Position numbers and translations under genes: made by a program
NCBI GenBank assembly: GCA_902826395.1
Contig: CADEER010000013.1
Coordinates: 6,560 to 70,559, forward strand
DNA length: 64,000 nt
Source of the DNA: an uncultured bacterium
Lineage (GTDB): Bacteria; Desulfobacterota; Binatia; HRBIN30; CADEER01
Reading direction: 5' to 3'
The notes under the pieces: model-generated
Databases searched by the model: none
What the model was told of the DNA's origin: nothing
What the model saw: only the letters and a program-made list of their open reading frames with translations
Shown: piece after piece, positions 1 through 9,664 of the stretch
Layout: every line of letters starts with the position of its first letter
Numbering within the stretch: position 1 is the first letter of the stretch

Positions 1-621
1 TCGTCAGCGCGCGGCTGGTACTTCAGTCTGCTCGACCCATTTGAAGAACTGTTCGTCCGCTGGCGCGTCACGCCGGCGTCGCTGACGATGGGGCAGCTCG
101 TCGGCAGCGTGGTGTGTGCCGCTGCGTACGCCGCCGGCTTGATCTACACGGCCGGTTTCATCTTGTTGGCCAGCGGTACGCTCGACATTCTGGATGGCCG
201 GTTGGCGAGGCGTACCGGCGAGGCCAGCAAGGGCGGGGCGTTTCTCGATTCGGTCGTCGACCGCTACTGCGAGTTCGCGGTCTTGACCGGCTTGATCGTC
301 TACTTTGGAGGCGGCTGGCTGGTGTGGGCGCTGCTCTTCGCGCTGCTCGGCGGCATGATGGTCAGTTACACGCGGGCGCGCGCCGAGGGGCTCGGGCAGG
401 ATTGCCCGGTCGGCCTCCTGCAGCGCCCGGAGCGATTCGTGATCCTCGGGTTCGGCTCGATCTTCTCGTCGGCGCTGGCGCACGCCACCGGGGGGGAGCA
501 AGTGCTGCTCGAAGCGGTGATCTGGTTCCTGGCGGTGTTCACGAATCTGACTGCCCTGCAGCGGTTTTTCTATGTTCGTCGGGAGCTCGCGGCGCGCGAG
601 CGGGTGACGCCCGATGCGTGA
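1..621 (+). CDS. CDP-alcohol phosphatidyltransferase (PgsA/PgsA1-like), 5'-truncated by window
   Basis: Motif DILDGRLAR...GAFLDSVVDR; frame is open from base 1, so the true start lies upstream. Confidence 0.85.
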   Translation, partial: SSARGWYFSLLDPFEELFVRWRVTPASLTMGQLVGSVVCAAAYAAGLIYTAGFILLASGTLDILDGRLARRTGEASKGGAFLDSVVDRYCEFAVLTGLIVYFGGGWLVWALLFALLGGMMVSYTRARAEGLGQDCPVGLLQRPERFVILGFGSIFSSALAHATGGEQVLLEAVIWFLAVFTNLTALQRFFYVRRELAARERVTPDA

Positions 622-838
622 GCTGGCCGGCAAGGGGTGGCGGGTGCTCGGGTACTTCATCTGGATGCTCGGGGTCGGCGTGTACCTCGACAGTGACGCG
701 AGCGGCGCCGGTGCGGCGCTCTTGCTAATAGGCGGCGGCATGTTCGCCGTCGGCGCGGTCCAGTCGCTGAACGGCGCCGATGCTCGGGCGCGTCGGAGCG
801 CGCCTGCACCCGAGGGCGCCGGAGAGGCCGGCTCGTGA
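614..838 (+). CDS. Small two-TM membrane protein, unknown function
   Basis: 74 aa with two hydrophobic segments; its ATG overlaps the upstream stop and its stop overlaps the next GTG (GTGA). Confidence 0.6.
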   Translation: MRELAGKGWRVLGYFIWMLGVGVYLDSDASGAGAALLLIGGGMFAVGAVQSLNGADARARRSAPAPEGAGEAGS

Positions 839-1887
839 ACCGCTCTGCTCGGGTTGCGCTGAGCGTACTGATCTCGGTCGTTCTGCTCTGGTTTGCGCTG
901 CGCGACGTCGAGTGGGACGCGGCGATCGCGGCGATGCGCAGCGCCGACTACATTTGGGTTCTGCTCATGCTGCCGCTGACGGTGTGGACCCTCTACATCC
1001 GCGCCCAGCGCTGGCGCGTTTTCCTCGGCGGTGTCGGGTCGGCGCCGATGCGCACCCTGGTCTCGTCGACCAACATCGGATTCATGGCGAACATGGTCCT
1101 GCCCCTGCGCGTGGGCGAGGTGATTCGCCCGGTGCTGTTGAGCCGCAAGGAGGGGATGCCGTTGAGCGGGGTGCTCGGCAGTTGTCTGCTCGAGCGCATC
1201 TTCGACATGTTCTGCATCCTGCTCCTGTTCGGCATCGCCGCCAGCTGGGTCGAGGTCTCCGAACAGGTACAGCAGTGGGGCTACGCGCTGCTCTCCGTGG
1301 CGCTCACCGTCGGAGCGGCGCTGGCGCTGCTGCGCTTCCAGGAGTCGTTGGCTCTGCGCATCGCCGCCGGCGTTTGCGGCATTCTGCCGGAGCGGGCCGG
1401 CGCGCCGCTCTATCGGTTCGTCGAAGGCTTCGTGCGCGCCCTGGCGATGCTCGATAGCCCGGCTGCCTTTGCGCGAGCCTTCGGCTGGACGTTCTTTCTC
1501 TGGACGGTGATCGGTTCGATGTACGTCCTCGGCTTCTGGGCGTTCCACCTCGACGTTCCGGCGGTCAAAGGCGGTCTCGTGTTGACGGCGCTGATCGCAA
1601 TTGCGGTATCGGTCCCGTCGGCGCCCGGCTTCATCGGTTCCTACCAACTCGGCTGCGTGTTGGCGCTCGGGCTGTTCGCGATCGACGAGAGCACCGCGCT
1701 CGCCTATTCGCTGGTGCTGCACATGACGCAGTTCGTCTCGGTGATCGGCGCCGGCCTGTACTCGCTCTGGCGCGAGGGCATGAGCTTCCGCGACGTCGAA
1801 GCGCGCGAGGTGGAGGGCGAGCAGGCCATCGCGGCGGCCCGCGATGGTGAGTTGCCCGACGCCGGCGGACGCGGGTTGCCGCATTGA
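835..1887 (+). CDS. Lysylphosphatidylglycerol synthase TM / flippase-like (UPF0104) membrane protein
   Basis: RAQRWR, NMVLPLRVGEVIRP, LERIFD and PSAPGFIG motifs; multi-TM. Confidence 0.85.
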   Translation: MNRSARVALSVLISVVLLWFALRDVEWDAAIAAMRSADYIWVLLMLPLTVWTLYIRAQRWRVFLGGVGSAPMRTLVSSTNIGFMANMVLPLRVGEVIRPVLLSRKEGMPLSGVLGSCLLERIFDMFCILLLFGIAASWVEVSEQVQQWGYALLSVALTVGAALALLRFQESLALRIAAGVCGILPERAGAPLYRFVEGFVRALAMLDSPAAFARAFGWTFFLWTVIGSMYVLGFWAFHLDVPAVKGGLVLTALIAIAVSVPSAPGFIGSYQLGCVLALGLFAIDESTALAYSLVLHMTQFVSVIGAGLYSLWREGMSFRDVEAREVEGEQAIAAARDGELPDAGGRGLPH

Positions 1888-3116
1888 TGTCGCTCGCCGG
1901 CAAGACGGTGGTTGTCGGCGTCACCGGTGGAATCGCCGCGTACAAGGCGGCGGAAATCGTACGCCTCCTCGTCCAGCGCGGAGCCGCGGTGCGCGTCGTG
2001 ATGACTCGCTCGGCGTGCGAGTTCATCACGCCCCTGACGCTGCAGACGCTGTCGGGCCATCCGGTCGCGACGAGTCTCTTCGACCTGACGCAGGAGTCGG
2101 AGATCGGCCACATCCGGCTCGCCGACTCGGCCGACGTGGTGCTGGTGGCGCCGGCGACCGCAAACTTCATCGCCAAGTTGGCGCACGGACTGGCCGACGA
2201 TCTGCTCAGCACGGTGCTGCTGGCGACCCGCGCTCCGTTGGTGTTGGCGCCGGCGATGAACGTCCACATGTACGAGAGCGCCGCCGTGCAGGAAAACCTC
2301 GCGACGGTGGCGCGCCGCGGTGCGCGCGTTGTCGAGCCGGCCGTCGGCTCGCTGGCATGTGGTTACGAGGGTTCCGGCCGGCTGCCGGACCCGGCGATCC
2401 TCGTCGATGAAGTGGCGCGTGCTGCGAGCACCGCGGATCTCGCCGGCCGGCGAGTGCTGGTGACGGCGGGGCCGAACCGCGAGCCGCTGGATCCCGTGCG
2501 CTTCATCTCGAACCGCTCGACCGGGCGCATGGGGTACGCTCTGGCCGCCGCTGCCTGGCGCCGGGGCGCCGACGTGACGTTGGTGAGTGGGCCGACTTCG
2601 CTGCCCGAGCCGCACGGCGTGCGCGTCGTGCGCGCCGTCACGGCGGACGAGATGCACCGCGCCGTGCGCGCCGAGGCAAAGAGCGCCTCGATCGTGCTGA
2701 TGGCCGCCGCGGTCGCCGACTATCGCGCCAAGCGGGTGGCGACCCAGAAGATCAAAAAGGGGAAGGGCGGATACTCCCTCGAGCTCGAGCGCACGGTGGA
2801 CATCCTCTCCGATTTGCCGGCGGCGCGCGGCCGCATCGTGGTCGGATTCGCCGCCGAGACCGAGCAGGTCGTCGAGAACGCTCGACGAAAACTGGAGGCG
2901 AAGGGCCTCGACCTGATCGTCGCGAACGACGTATCGCGTCGCGATGCGGGCTTTGAAGTCGACACCAACGAAGTGACGCTGATCGACGCGTCGGGCAGCG
3001 AGGAGCTGGCGCTGGCGAGCAAGGATGAGATCGCCGACCGCATCCTCGACCGCGTGGTTCGATTGCTCGTCGAGCGCGGAGCCGCCCGGCGCGGGCGGGC
3101 TCGACGCCGCTCCTGA
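1887..3116 (+). CDS. coaBC: Bifunctional phosphopantothenoylcysteine decarboxylase/ligase
   Basis: GVTGGIAAYK, APATAN, PAMN, DPVRFISNRSTGRMG and GFAAET motifs; TGATG overlap. Confidence 0.97.
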   Translation: MSLAGKTVVVGVTGGIAAYKAAEIVRLLVQRGAAVRVVMTRSACEFITPLTLQTLSGHPVATSLFDLTQESEIGHIRLADSADVVLVAPATANFIAKLAHGLADDLLSTVLLATRAPLVLAPAMNVHMYESAAVQENLATVARRGARVVEPAVGSLACGYEGSGRLPDPAILVDEVARAASTADLAGRRVLVTAGPNREPLDPVRFISNRSTGRMGYALAAAAWRRGADVTLVSGPTSLPEPHGVRVVRAVTADEMHRAVRAEAKSASIVLMAAAVADYRAKRVATQKIKKGKGGYSLELERTVDILSDLPAARGRIVVGFAAETEQVVENARRKLEAKGLDLIVANDVSRRDAGFEVDTNEVTLIDASGSEELALASKDEIADRILDRVVRLLVERGAARRGRARRRS

Positions 3117-3144
3117 CGCGGGCGTGACGGCGAGACGGCCGTCG

Positions 3145-4059
3145 TCAGCCGAGCGCCCGGCTGCGGGGTTCGCTTCTCGCGGGGAACAGCGACGTGAGGT
3201 CGGCGCGGCCGTCGAGGTCGCGAATCAGCTCTTCGAGTGCCGGGGTGATCGCGTCGCTCCGATGCAGAGTGCGCAGCGTTGCGCGAATGCGCTGGGCCGC
3301 GGCGATCGCATCGAGTCCGGTGGGATCGGCGGCCTGGCAATCGGCGCGCCGGCCACGGCGCAGCAGATCGAAGACGTTCTCCAGGCAGGCCTGGTTGTAG
3401 TGATGGATGAACGGGGGCGAGAACACGTGTTTCGAGCGCGTCGACACCCCGGCCATGAACCGGTGCCAGTTGTCCCAATCGTGTAGTGCCAGGACGTTCT
3501 CGAAGATTCGCTTGTTGGTGCGGAAGGAGAACAGCGTGCGCGCCACGACGCGCTGGACCAGCGCGTCGCAGGCCGGGAAGGAGCGCCGGCGCAGATCGGT
3601 CACGATCTCGCGGTACTCGACGTCCTGCATCGAGTCGAAGCGCGCCTCCCAATAGATGTGGCGCAGCGTGCGCGCGCGGTAGCTGACGACGAGCTGAGTG
3701 GGGACGAAATGATTGTGCGAATAAACGTCGGCCGCGAGGTGGGTGAGGTAGCCGTGGGCGAAGGCGCGCTCGGCATCGGTGTCGGCTTCGTCGACCAACT
3801 GCCAGCCGACGTCCCACGAGTGACAATGCGCCTGCAGCGGACCCGTGTATTTCTTGCCGAGTGTGATGTCGGCACCGATGCAGCCGTAGAGGTACTCGGT
3901 CGGATGTCGCCGCAACAATTGTTGAAGGCCCGCGCCCAGAATGGTAACTCCCTTGAGTACCTCCGACCCGTGTGCGAGGTGGCTGATCGGGCCCCAGGCG
4001 AGGGCGTCGTCGGGCATCAAGACGAATGTTGCGACGATGAATACGGCGAGTGAGAACAC
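3145..4059 (-). CDS. Zinc-dependent phospholipase C / S1-P1 nuclease fold protein, secreted
   Basis: Signal peptide ending ALA|WG, then mature N-terminal WGxxxH; HLAADxxxH and HxxWE metal-ligand pattern. Confidence 0.7.
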   Translation of the reverse strand: MFSLAVFIVATFVLMPDDALAWGPISHLAHGSEVLKGVTILGAGLQQLLRRHPTEYLYGCIGADITLGKKYTGPLQAHCHSWDVGWQLVDEADTDAERAFAHGYLTHLAADVYSHNHFVPTQLVVSYRARTLRHIYWEARFDSMQDVEYREIVTDLRRRSFPACDALVQRVVARTLFSFRTNKRIFENVLALHDWDNWHRFMAGVSTRSKHVFSPPFIHHYNQACLENVFDLLRRGRRADCQAADPTGLDAIAAAQRIRATLRTLHRSDAITPALEELIRDLDGRADLTSLFPARSEPRSRALG

Positions 4060-4075
4060 AACTGCGGATGGTACT

Positions 4076-4909
4076 ATGACCCCTGCGGACCAACAAGCCG
4101 AGTTATCCGCGCTGGTCCGCGCTCTGCGTGATCACGTCGAAGCAGAACGCGACTTGGGGGCGCGCTGGTTTGCTGCTGCCGCGCCCGTCCCCAATGCGCC
4201 GTCAACCGCGGCTCGTGTGCGATCGCGCGACATCGCCGCACCGCGGCCGGACAGAGCGCCGCCGGTCGCCGCAAGTGCCGTGCCGAGGGCGCGCACCGAG
4301 GCGCAGGTCGGCGAGCGCAGCGCCACCGGTGCCGAATCGGCGGTCGTCGCCGCCGGGACGTTGGCGGCGCTTTCGAGTGCGATCGGCGATTGCCGGCGCT
4401 GCAAGCTCGCCGGAGGCAGGACCCATTTGGTCTTTGGGGTCGGGAACGAAAACGCCGACTTGATGTTCGTCGGCGAGGGGCCGGGACGCGACGAAGACCT
4501 GCAGGGCGAGCCGTTCGTCGGCCGCGCCGGCCAGCTCCTCACCGAGATCATCACCAAGGGGATGAAGTTGCGGCGCGAGGACGTCTACATCGCCAACGTC
4601 ATCAAGTGTCGGCCGCCGAACAACCGCAACCCGGAGCCCGACGAGATCGCCAGCTGTCTGCCGTTCCTGGAGCGCCAGATCGAGATCGTGCGGCCTCGCG
4701 TGATCGTCGCTCTCGGCAAGTTCGCGGCACAGACGCTACTTGGCTCGGCTACCCCGATCACCCGCCTGCGAGGGCATTGGCACACCTACCGCGGCGTGAA
4801 GCTGATGCCGACGTTGCACCCCGCCTATCTGTTGCGCAATCCGGGCGACAAGCGTTTGGTTTGGGAAGACGTCAAGCAAGTGATGGCCGAGTTGGGAATG
4901 TCGCGATGA
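4076..4909 (+). CDS. Uracil-DNA glycosylase family 4 (Fe-S)
   Basis: CRRC, GEGPG, PFVGRAG, KCRPP and TLHPAYLLR motifs; start moved to ATG 4076. Confidence 0.93.
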   Translation: MTPADQQAELSALVRALRDHVEAERDLGARWFAAAAPVPNAPSTAARVRSRDIAAPRPDRAPPVAASAVPRARTEAQVGERSATGAESAVVAAGTLAALSSAIGDCRRCKLAGGRTHLVFGVGNENADLMFVGEGPGRDEDLQGEPFVGRAGQLLTEIITKGMKLRREDVYIANVIKCRPPNNRNPEPDEIASCLPFLERQIEIVRPRVIVALGKFAAQTLLGSATPITRLRGHWHTYRGVKLMPTLHPAYLLRNPGDKRLVWEDVKQVMAELGMSR

Positions 4910-6252
4910 GGGCACGTTGGCTGGCGATGGTGGCGGTGGCGCTCGCGGTCGTTCTGCTGGCTATCGCCGCGCTGGGCGCACCGGCGGCGCGGGCGCCGAA
5001 AGAAAAGCCTGCAAAGCCGCCGCGTGAGATCTCGGGCGGGGTCGTACTCATCGAGATCGACGGGAGCATCAATCCGGCGACCGTCGAGTACATTCGCGAC
5101 GGGTTGAAGGTCGCGGTCGAGCAGAAGGCCGCGGCGTTGATCATCCAGATGGATACGCCGGGCGGCTTGCTCGAATCGACCAAGATCATCGTCAAGGATC
5201 TTTTGGCGAGCGACGTCGCCACGGTCGTCTACGTAGCGCCGGGCGGCAGCGGGGCGATCTCGGCGGGGGTGTTCGTGACCATGGCCGGCCACGTCGCGGC
5301 GATGGCACCCGGCACCAACATCGGCGCCGCGCACCCGGTCGCCGGCGGCGGTGAGGACATCGAGGGCGACATGCGGCAGAAGGTGGAGAACTTCGCCGCG
5401 TCGCTCAGCAAGACGATCGCGCAGGAGCGGGGACGCAACGCCGAGTGGGCCGAGAAGGCGGTACGCGAGAGCGTATCGATCACGGAGCGGGAAGCGCTCG
5501 AGTTGAACGTAATCGACATCGTGGCGCGCGACGTATCCGATTTGCTCGCCCAACTCGACGGCCGCGAGGTGGCGCTCGACGGGGAGCGGGTCGTTTTGCG
5601 CACCGCCGCGGCGGCGGTCGTGGCGCACGAGATGAACTGGCGCCAGCGCATCCTCAACATGATCGCCAACCCCAATCTCGCCTACGTTCTGATGGCGTTG
5701 GGAATGCTGGGGCTCTACCTGGAGTTCTACAATCCGGGGCTGCTGTTCCCCGGTGTGTTCGGGCTCATCTGCCTGCTGTTGGGGTTGTGGGCGACGCAAG
5801 TGCTGCCGGTGAACTACACGGGGCTGGCCTTGCTGGCAGCCGGGGTGATCCTGATGACCGCCGAGGTATTCACGCCGAGCTTCGGAGTGCTCGGTCTCGG
5901 CGGCCTGATCGCGTTCGTGCTCGGCTCGCTGTTTCTCTTCGAGACCCCCGACTCGACGATCGCCGTCGACCGGCGGCTCATCGGCGGCATCGCGGCGACC
6001 ACCGGGAGCGCCATTCTCCTCATGGGTTGGTTGGTGCTGCGGGCGCACCGGCGTCAGCCGGCATCCGGCGCGGAAGGCATGGTCGGCGAGATCGGTCGGG
6101 TGCGACGGCTGCTCGGCGGCTCGCGTGCAAAGGTGTTCGTCCACGGCGAGCACTGGGATGCGATCGTCGACGGCCAAGTCGAAGAGGGAGACGAGGTTGA
6201 AGTCACGGCTGTCGAGGGGCTGCGCGTTCGTGTGCGCCCGGCTCCATCCTGA
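4906..6252 (+). CDS. nfeD: NfeD family membrane-bound serine protease (long form)
   Basis: MDTPGGL, SAG, APGTNIGAAHP and C-terminal OB fold VHGEHW; ATGA overlap with UDG. Confidence 0.92.
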   Translation: MRARWLAMVAVALAVVLLAIAALGAPAARAPKEKPAKPPREISGGVVLIEIDGSINPATVEYIRDGLKVAVEQKAAALIIQMDTPGGLLESTKIIVKDLLASDVATVVYVAPGGSGAISAGVFVTMAGHVAAMAPGTNIGAAHPVAGGGEDIEGDMRQKVENFAASLSKTIAQERGRNAEWAEKAVRESVSITEREALELNVIDIVARDVSDLLAQLDGREVALDGERVVLRTAAAAVVAHEMNWRQRILNMIANPNLAYVLMALGMLGLYLEFYNPGLLFPGVFGLICLLLGLWATQVLPVNYTGLALLAAGVILMTAEVFTPSFGVLGLGGLIAFVLGSLFLFETPDSTIAVDRRLIGGIAATTGSAILLMGWLVLRAHRRQPASGAEGMVGEIGRVRRLLGGSRAKVFVHGEHWDAIVDGQVEEGDEVEVTAVEGLRVRVRPAPS

Positions 6253-6326
6253 TGTGCTGAACGCCTTGCCGAGGGGACTCCGCCCGGCATAGGGTGCGGG
6301 TTGCTCTGGGGAAAGGTCGTATCGTT

Positions 6327-7088
6327 GTGGATTCGTTAGTTCTGTCCGTTCTGCCGTACTTGCTCGCGCCGGCCGCCGCGCTGTTGTTCATGATCTTCAA
6401 GGTCCTGAAGGAGTATGAGCGCGGGGTGGTCTTCCGGTTGGGCCGTCTGGTCGGTGCCCGCGGCCCGGGGCTCACGTTGTTGATCCCGGGCATCGAGCGC
6501 ATGGAGCGGGTCGATCTGCGCACCGTGACGATGGACATTCCGCCGCAGGACGTCATCACCCGCGACAACGTTTCGGTGAAGGTCAACGCGGTGCTCTATT
6601 TTCGCGTCGTCGACCCGTCGCGGGCCATCGTCGAGGTCGAGAACTACCTGATCGCCACCTCCCAACTGGCGCAGACGACGTTGCGCAGCGTTTGCGGGCA
6701 GGGCGAAATGGACGATCTGCTGGCCGAGCGCGACAAGATCAACGAGCAGATCCAGCATATCCTCGACGAACAGACCGACCCGTGGGGGATCAAGGTCGTC
6801 ACCGTCGAGCTCAAGCACATCGATCTGCCGCCCGACATGCAGCGTGCGATGGCGCGCGAAGCGGAGGCCGAGCGCGATCGGCGCGCCAAAGTGATCAACG
6901 CCGAGGGCGAGTTTCAGGCGGCGCAGAAGCTGTCCGAAGCGGCGGCGATCATCGGGCAGCATCCGGCAGCGCTGCAGTTGCGGTACTTCGAGACGCTAAC
7001 GGAGATGGCGCAGGAGAACGAATCCGTCACCATCTTCCCATTGCCGTCGGAGCTTTTCGAGCCGTTCATGCCGAAGCCGAAGGAGTGA
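6327..7088 (+). CDS. SPFH/stomatin-like (slipin) protein
   Basis: [32 protein letters not shown] and LQLRY motifs; canonical partner of nfeD; GTG 6327 follows GAAAGG. Confidence 0.93.
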   Translation: MDSLVLSVLPYLLAPAAALLFMIFKVLKEYERGVVFRLGRLVGARGPGLTLLIPGIERMERVDLRTVTMDIPPQDVITRDNVSVKVNAVLYFRVVDPSRAIVEVENYLIATSQLAQTTLRSVCGQGEMDDLLAERDKINEQIQHILDEQTDPWGIKVVTVELKHIDLPPDMQRAMAREAEAERDRRAKVINAEGEFQAAQKLSEAAAIIGQHPAALQLRYFETLTEMAQENESVTIFPLPSELFEPFMPKPKE

Positions 7089-8164
7089 GCGACGCCGCGA
7101 GCAGAACCGCACGGGATCGCGCGGACGAGGCGACGCTCTCCGCCTACGATTACGAGCTCCCAGGCGAGCTGATCGCGCAGCATCCGGCGCCGCATCGCGA
7201 CGCCAGCCGTCTGATGGTGCTCGGAGGCGACGGCGGCGATCCGCGCCACACCGACATCGGCGCTCTGCCCGGCCTGTTGCGCGGCGGCGACCTGTTGGTC
7301 TTCAACGACGTGCGCGTGCGGCGAGCGCGACTGCACGGCCGAGCTCACAGCGGTGGTGCGGTCGAGTTGTTGGTGTTGCGCGAGCTGGCGCCGGGGATTT
7401 GGGATTGCCTCGGCCGGCCGGCGCGCCGGCTGCGGGTGGGTGCGCGGCTCGTCATGGCCGGCGATGTCGAGGTGGAGGTGGTCGGCGTGGAAGCGGGGAC
7501 CGGCCGGCTGCGGGTATCGTTGGGGGCCGCGGGTGACGTGGGCGCTTACCTCGAGCGCCACGGTGAGATTCCCTTGCCGCCGTACATCAAGCGACCGGAT
7601 GGGCCGAGCGACGGCGACGGCGAGCGATACCAGACCGTGTTCGCCGATCCGGTCGGTGCGGTCGCGGCGCCCACCGCCGGCTTACACTTCTCCGAGCGGC
7701 TGCTCGACGATCTGCGCCGTGTCGGCGTCGAGCTGGCGTGGGTGACTTTGGATGTCGGGCCCGCGACTTTTCTGCCGGTGCGCGCCGAAAGGCTCGACGA
7801 CTGCTCGCTGGAGCCGGAGTGGGCATCGATTCCACCAGCCACCGAGCATGCGATCGCGGCGGCGAAGCGGCGCGGCGGGCGGGTGATCGCGGTCGGCACG
7901 ACGACGACGCGAGCCCTCGAGTCGCGCGCCGCCGAACCGCTGGGCCTGCGCGCCGGCGAGTTTCCCGCCGGCGCCTTTCTGCGCGAGCGCGGGCAGTTTC
8001 GCGTCATCGACGGCTTGCTGACCAACTTCCACCTGCCTCGCTCGACGCTGTTGGTGCTGGTCAGTGCCTTCGCCGGACGGCAGCGCGTCCTTGCTGCGTA
8101 CGAGGAAGCCGTGCGCCTTCGCTATCGCTTCTACAGCTACGGCGACGCGATGCTCATCCTCTGA
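7085..8164 (+). CDS. queA: S-adenosylmethionine:tRNA ribosyltransferase-isomerase
   Basis: [36 protein letters not shown] and [10 protein letters not shown] motifs; GTGA overlap. Confidence 0.96.
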   Translation: MSDAASRTARDRADEATLSAYDYELPGELIAQHPAPHRDASRLMVLGGDGGDPRHTDIGALPGLLRGGDLLVFNDVRVRRARLHGRAHSGGAVELLVLRELAPGIWDCLGRPARRLRVGARLVMAGDVEVEVVGVEAGTGRLRVSLGAAGDVGAYLERHGEIPLPPYIKRPDGPSDGDGERYQTVFADPVGAVAAPTAGLHFSERLLDDLRRVGVELAWVTLDVGPATFLPVRAERLDDCSLEPEWASIPPATEHAIAAAKRRGGRVIAVGTTTTRALESRAAEPLGLRAGEFPAGAFLRERGQFRVIDGLLTNFHLPRSTLLVLVSAFAGRQRVLAAYEEAVRLRYRFYSYGDAMLIL

Positions 8165-8177
8165 TAGAAGCGAGCGG

Positions 8178-9326
8178 ATGATCGGTGGGGTAAGAGCGGC
8201 GCCGCGCGCATCGGCTTTCCGGGTGGTGGCGACCGACCCGGGCTCGGCGGCGCGGCGCGGCGTGTTGCGCACCGCGCACGGCGACATCGATACTCCGGTG
8301 TTCATGCCGGTGGCGACACTGGGCACGGTCAAAGGCATCATGCCGAGCCAGGTTCGCGCCGCCGGGGCGCGCATCCTCCTCGCCAACGCGTACCATCTGA
8401 TCCTGCGGCCGGGGATCGACACGATCGAGGCCCTCGGCGGGCTGCACCGCTTCATGGGTTGGGACGGTGCCATCCTCACCGATAGCGGCGGTTTCCAGGT
8501 GATGAGTCTGTCCGAGCTGCGCGTGGTCAGCGAAGAGGGTGTCGAGTTCCGTTCGCATCTCGACGGCTCGAAGATATTTCTGCGCCCCGAGGATGTCGTC
8601 AGCGCCGAATGCAGGTTGGGTGTGGACATCCTGATGCCGCTCGACGTATGCGTCGCCGCCACCGACGGGCGCCGCGCCGTGGAAGAGGGGATGGAGCGCA
8701 CGACGCGCTGGGCCGAACGCCAGGCCGCGCTCGAGATTGCCGCGGACCGTCATTTGTTCGGGATCGTCCAGGGCGGACTCGAAAGCGACCTGCGTCGACG
8801 CCACGCCGGACAGCTTGCTGCGCTCGGATTTCCGGGCTATGCGGTTGGGGGATTGAGTGTTGGGGAGGATCGGCGCATGACGCGGGACATCGCGGCGGAA
8901 ACGGCTGCGGCACTCCCGGCCGATCGATCCCGTTATTTGATGGGGGTGGGCTTGCCGCAAGACCTGCTCCATTTCGTGGGCATGGGATACGACCAGTTCG
9001 ACTGCGTATTGCCGACTCGCAACGGCCGCAACGGCATGTGCTTCACCTGGGGCGGGCGCGTGAATCTGCGACTGGCACGTCATGCGCGCCGCGACGAGCC
9101 TCTCGACGAGAGCTGCGGTTGCTATACCTGCACGGGCTTTTCGCTCGGGTATCTCCGCCATCTGACGGTCGCCGGCGAAATGCTGGGGGCGCAACTCGCC
9201 ACCCTCCACAACCTGCACTTCTATCTGGACCTGATGGCACAGTGTCGCGATAGGGTCGAAGCAGGCACCTTCGCCGGCTGGGCGCGTGCGTCGATCGAAC
9301 GCATCGAGGAAGGGGAGCGAAGGTGA
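8178..9326 (+). CDS. tgt: tRNA-guanine transglycosylase
   Basis: TPVFMPV, ILTDSGGFQV, GIVQGG, GGLSVGE, FDCVLPTR and Zn motif CGCYTC...H. Confidence 0.97.
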   Translation: MIGGVRAAPRASAFRVVATDPGSAARRGVLRTAHGDIDTPVFMPVATLGTVKGIMPSQVRAAGARILLANAYHLILRPGIDTIEALGGLHRFMGWDGAILTDSGGFQVMSLSELRVVSEEGVEFRSHLDGSKIFLRPEDVVSAECRLGVDILMPLDVCVAATDGRRAVEEGMERTTRWAERQAALEIAADRHLFGIVQGGLESDLRRRHAGQLAALGFPGYAVGGLSVGEDRRMTRDIAAETAAALPADRSRYLMGVGLPQDLLHFVGMGYDQFDCVLPTRNGRNGMCFTWGGRVNLRLARHARRDEPLDESCGCYTCTGFSLGYLRHLTVAGEMLGAQLATLHNLHFYLDLMAQCRDRVEAGTFAGWARASIERIEEGERR

Positions 9327-9664
9327 TCGATACGGCTTGGGCGCAGGCCGGCCCGGGGGGGCCGCCCGCCTTCATATCGTTTCTGCCGCTGTTTCTGGTG
9401 TTGGGGGTGTTCTATTTCCTTCTCATCCGCCCGCAGCAGCAGAAGGCCAAGGAGCATCAGGCGACCCTCGCCGCCTTGAAGCGCAACGATGAAATCGTTA
9501 CGGGAGGCGGACTCTACGGCAAGGTGATCGCCATCAGCGACGACATCGTGACCGTCGAGATCGCCCCCAAGGTGCAAGTGCGGGTCAGTCGACCGACGAT
9601 CTCGGGCGTCGTCACCGCGAATCGAGAGAAGGACAAGCCGAAGATGAAGGACAAGGACACGTGA
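9323..9664 (+). CDS. yajC: Preprotein translocase subunit YajC
   Basis: FYFLLIRPQQ and GGLYG motifs; position tgt-yajC-secD. Confidence 0.95.
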   Translation: MIDTAWAQAGPGGPPAFISFLPLFLVLGVFYFLLIRPQQQKAKEHQATLAALKRNDEIVTGGGLYGKVIAISDDIVTVEIAPKVQVRVSRPTISGVVTANREKDKPKMKDKDT

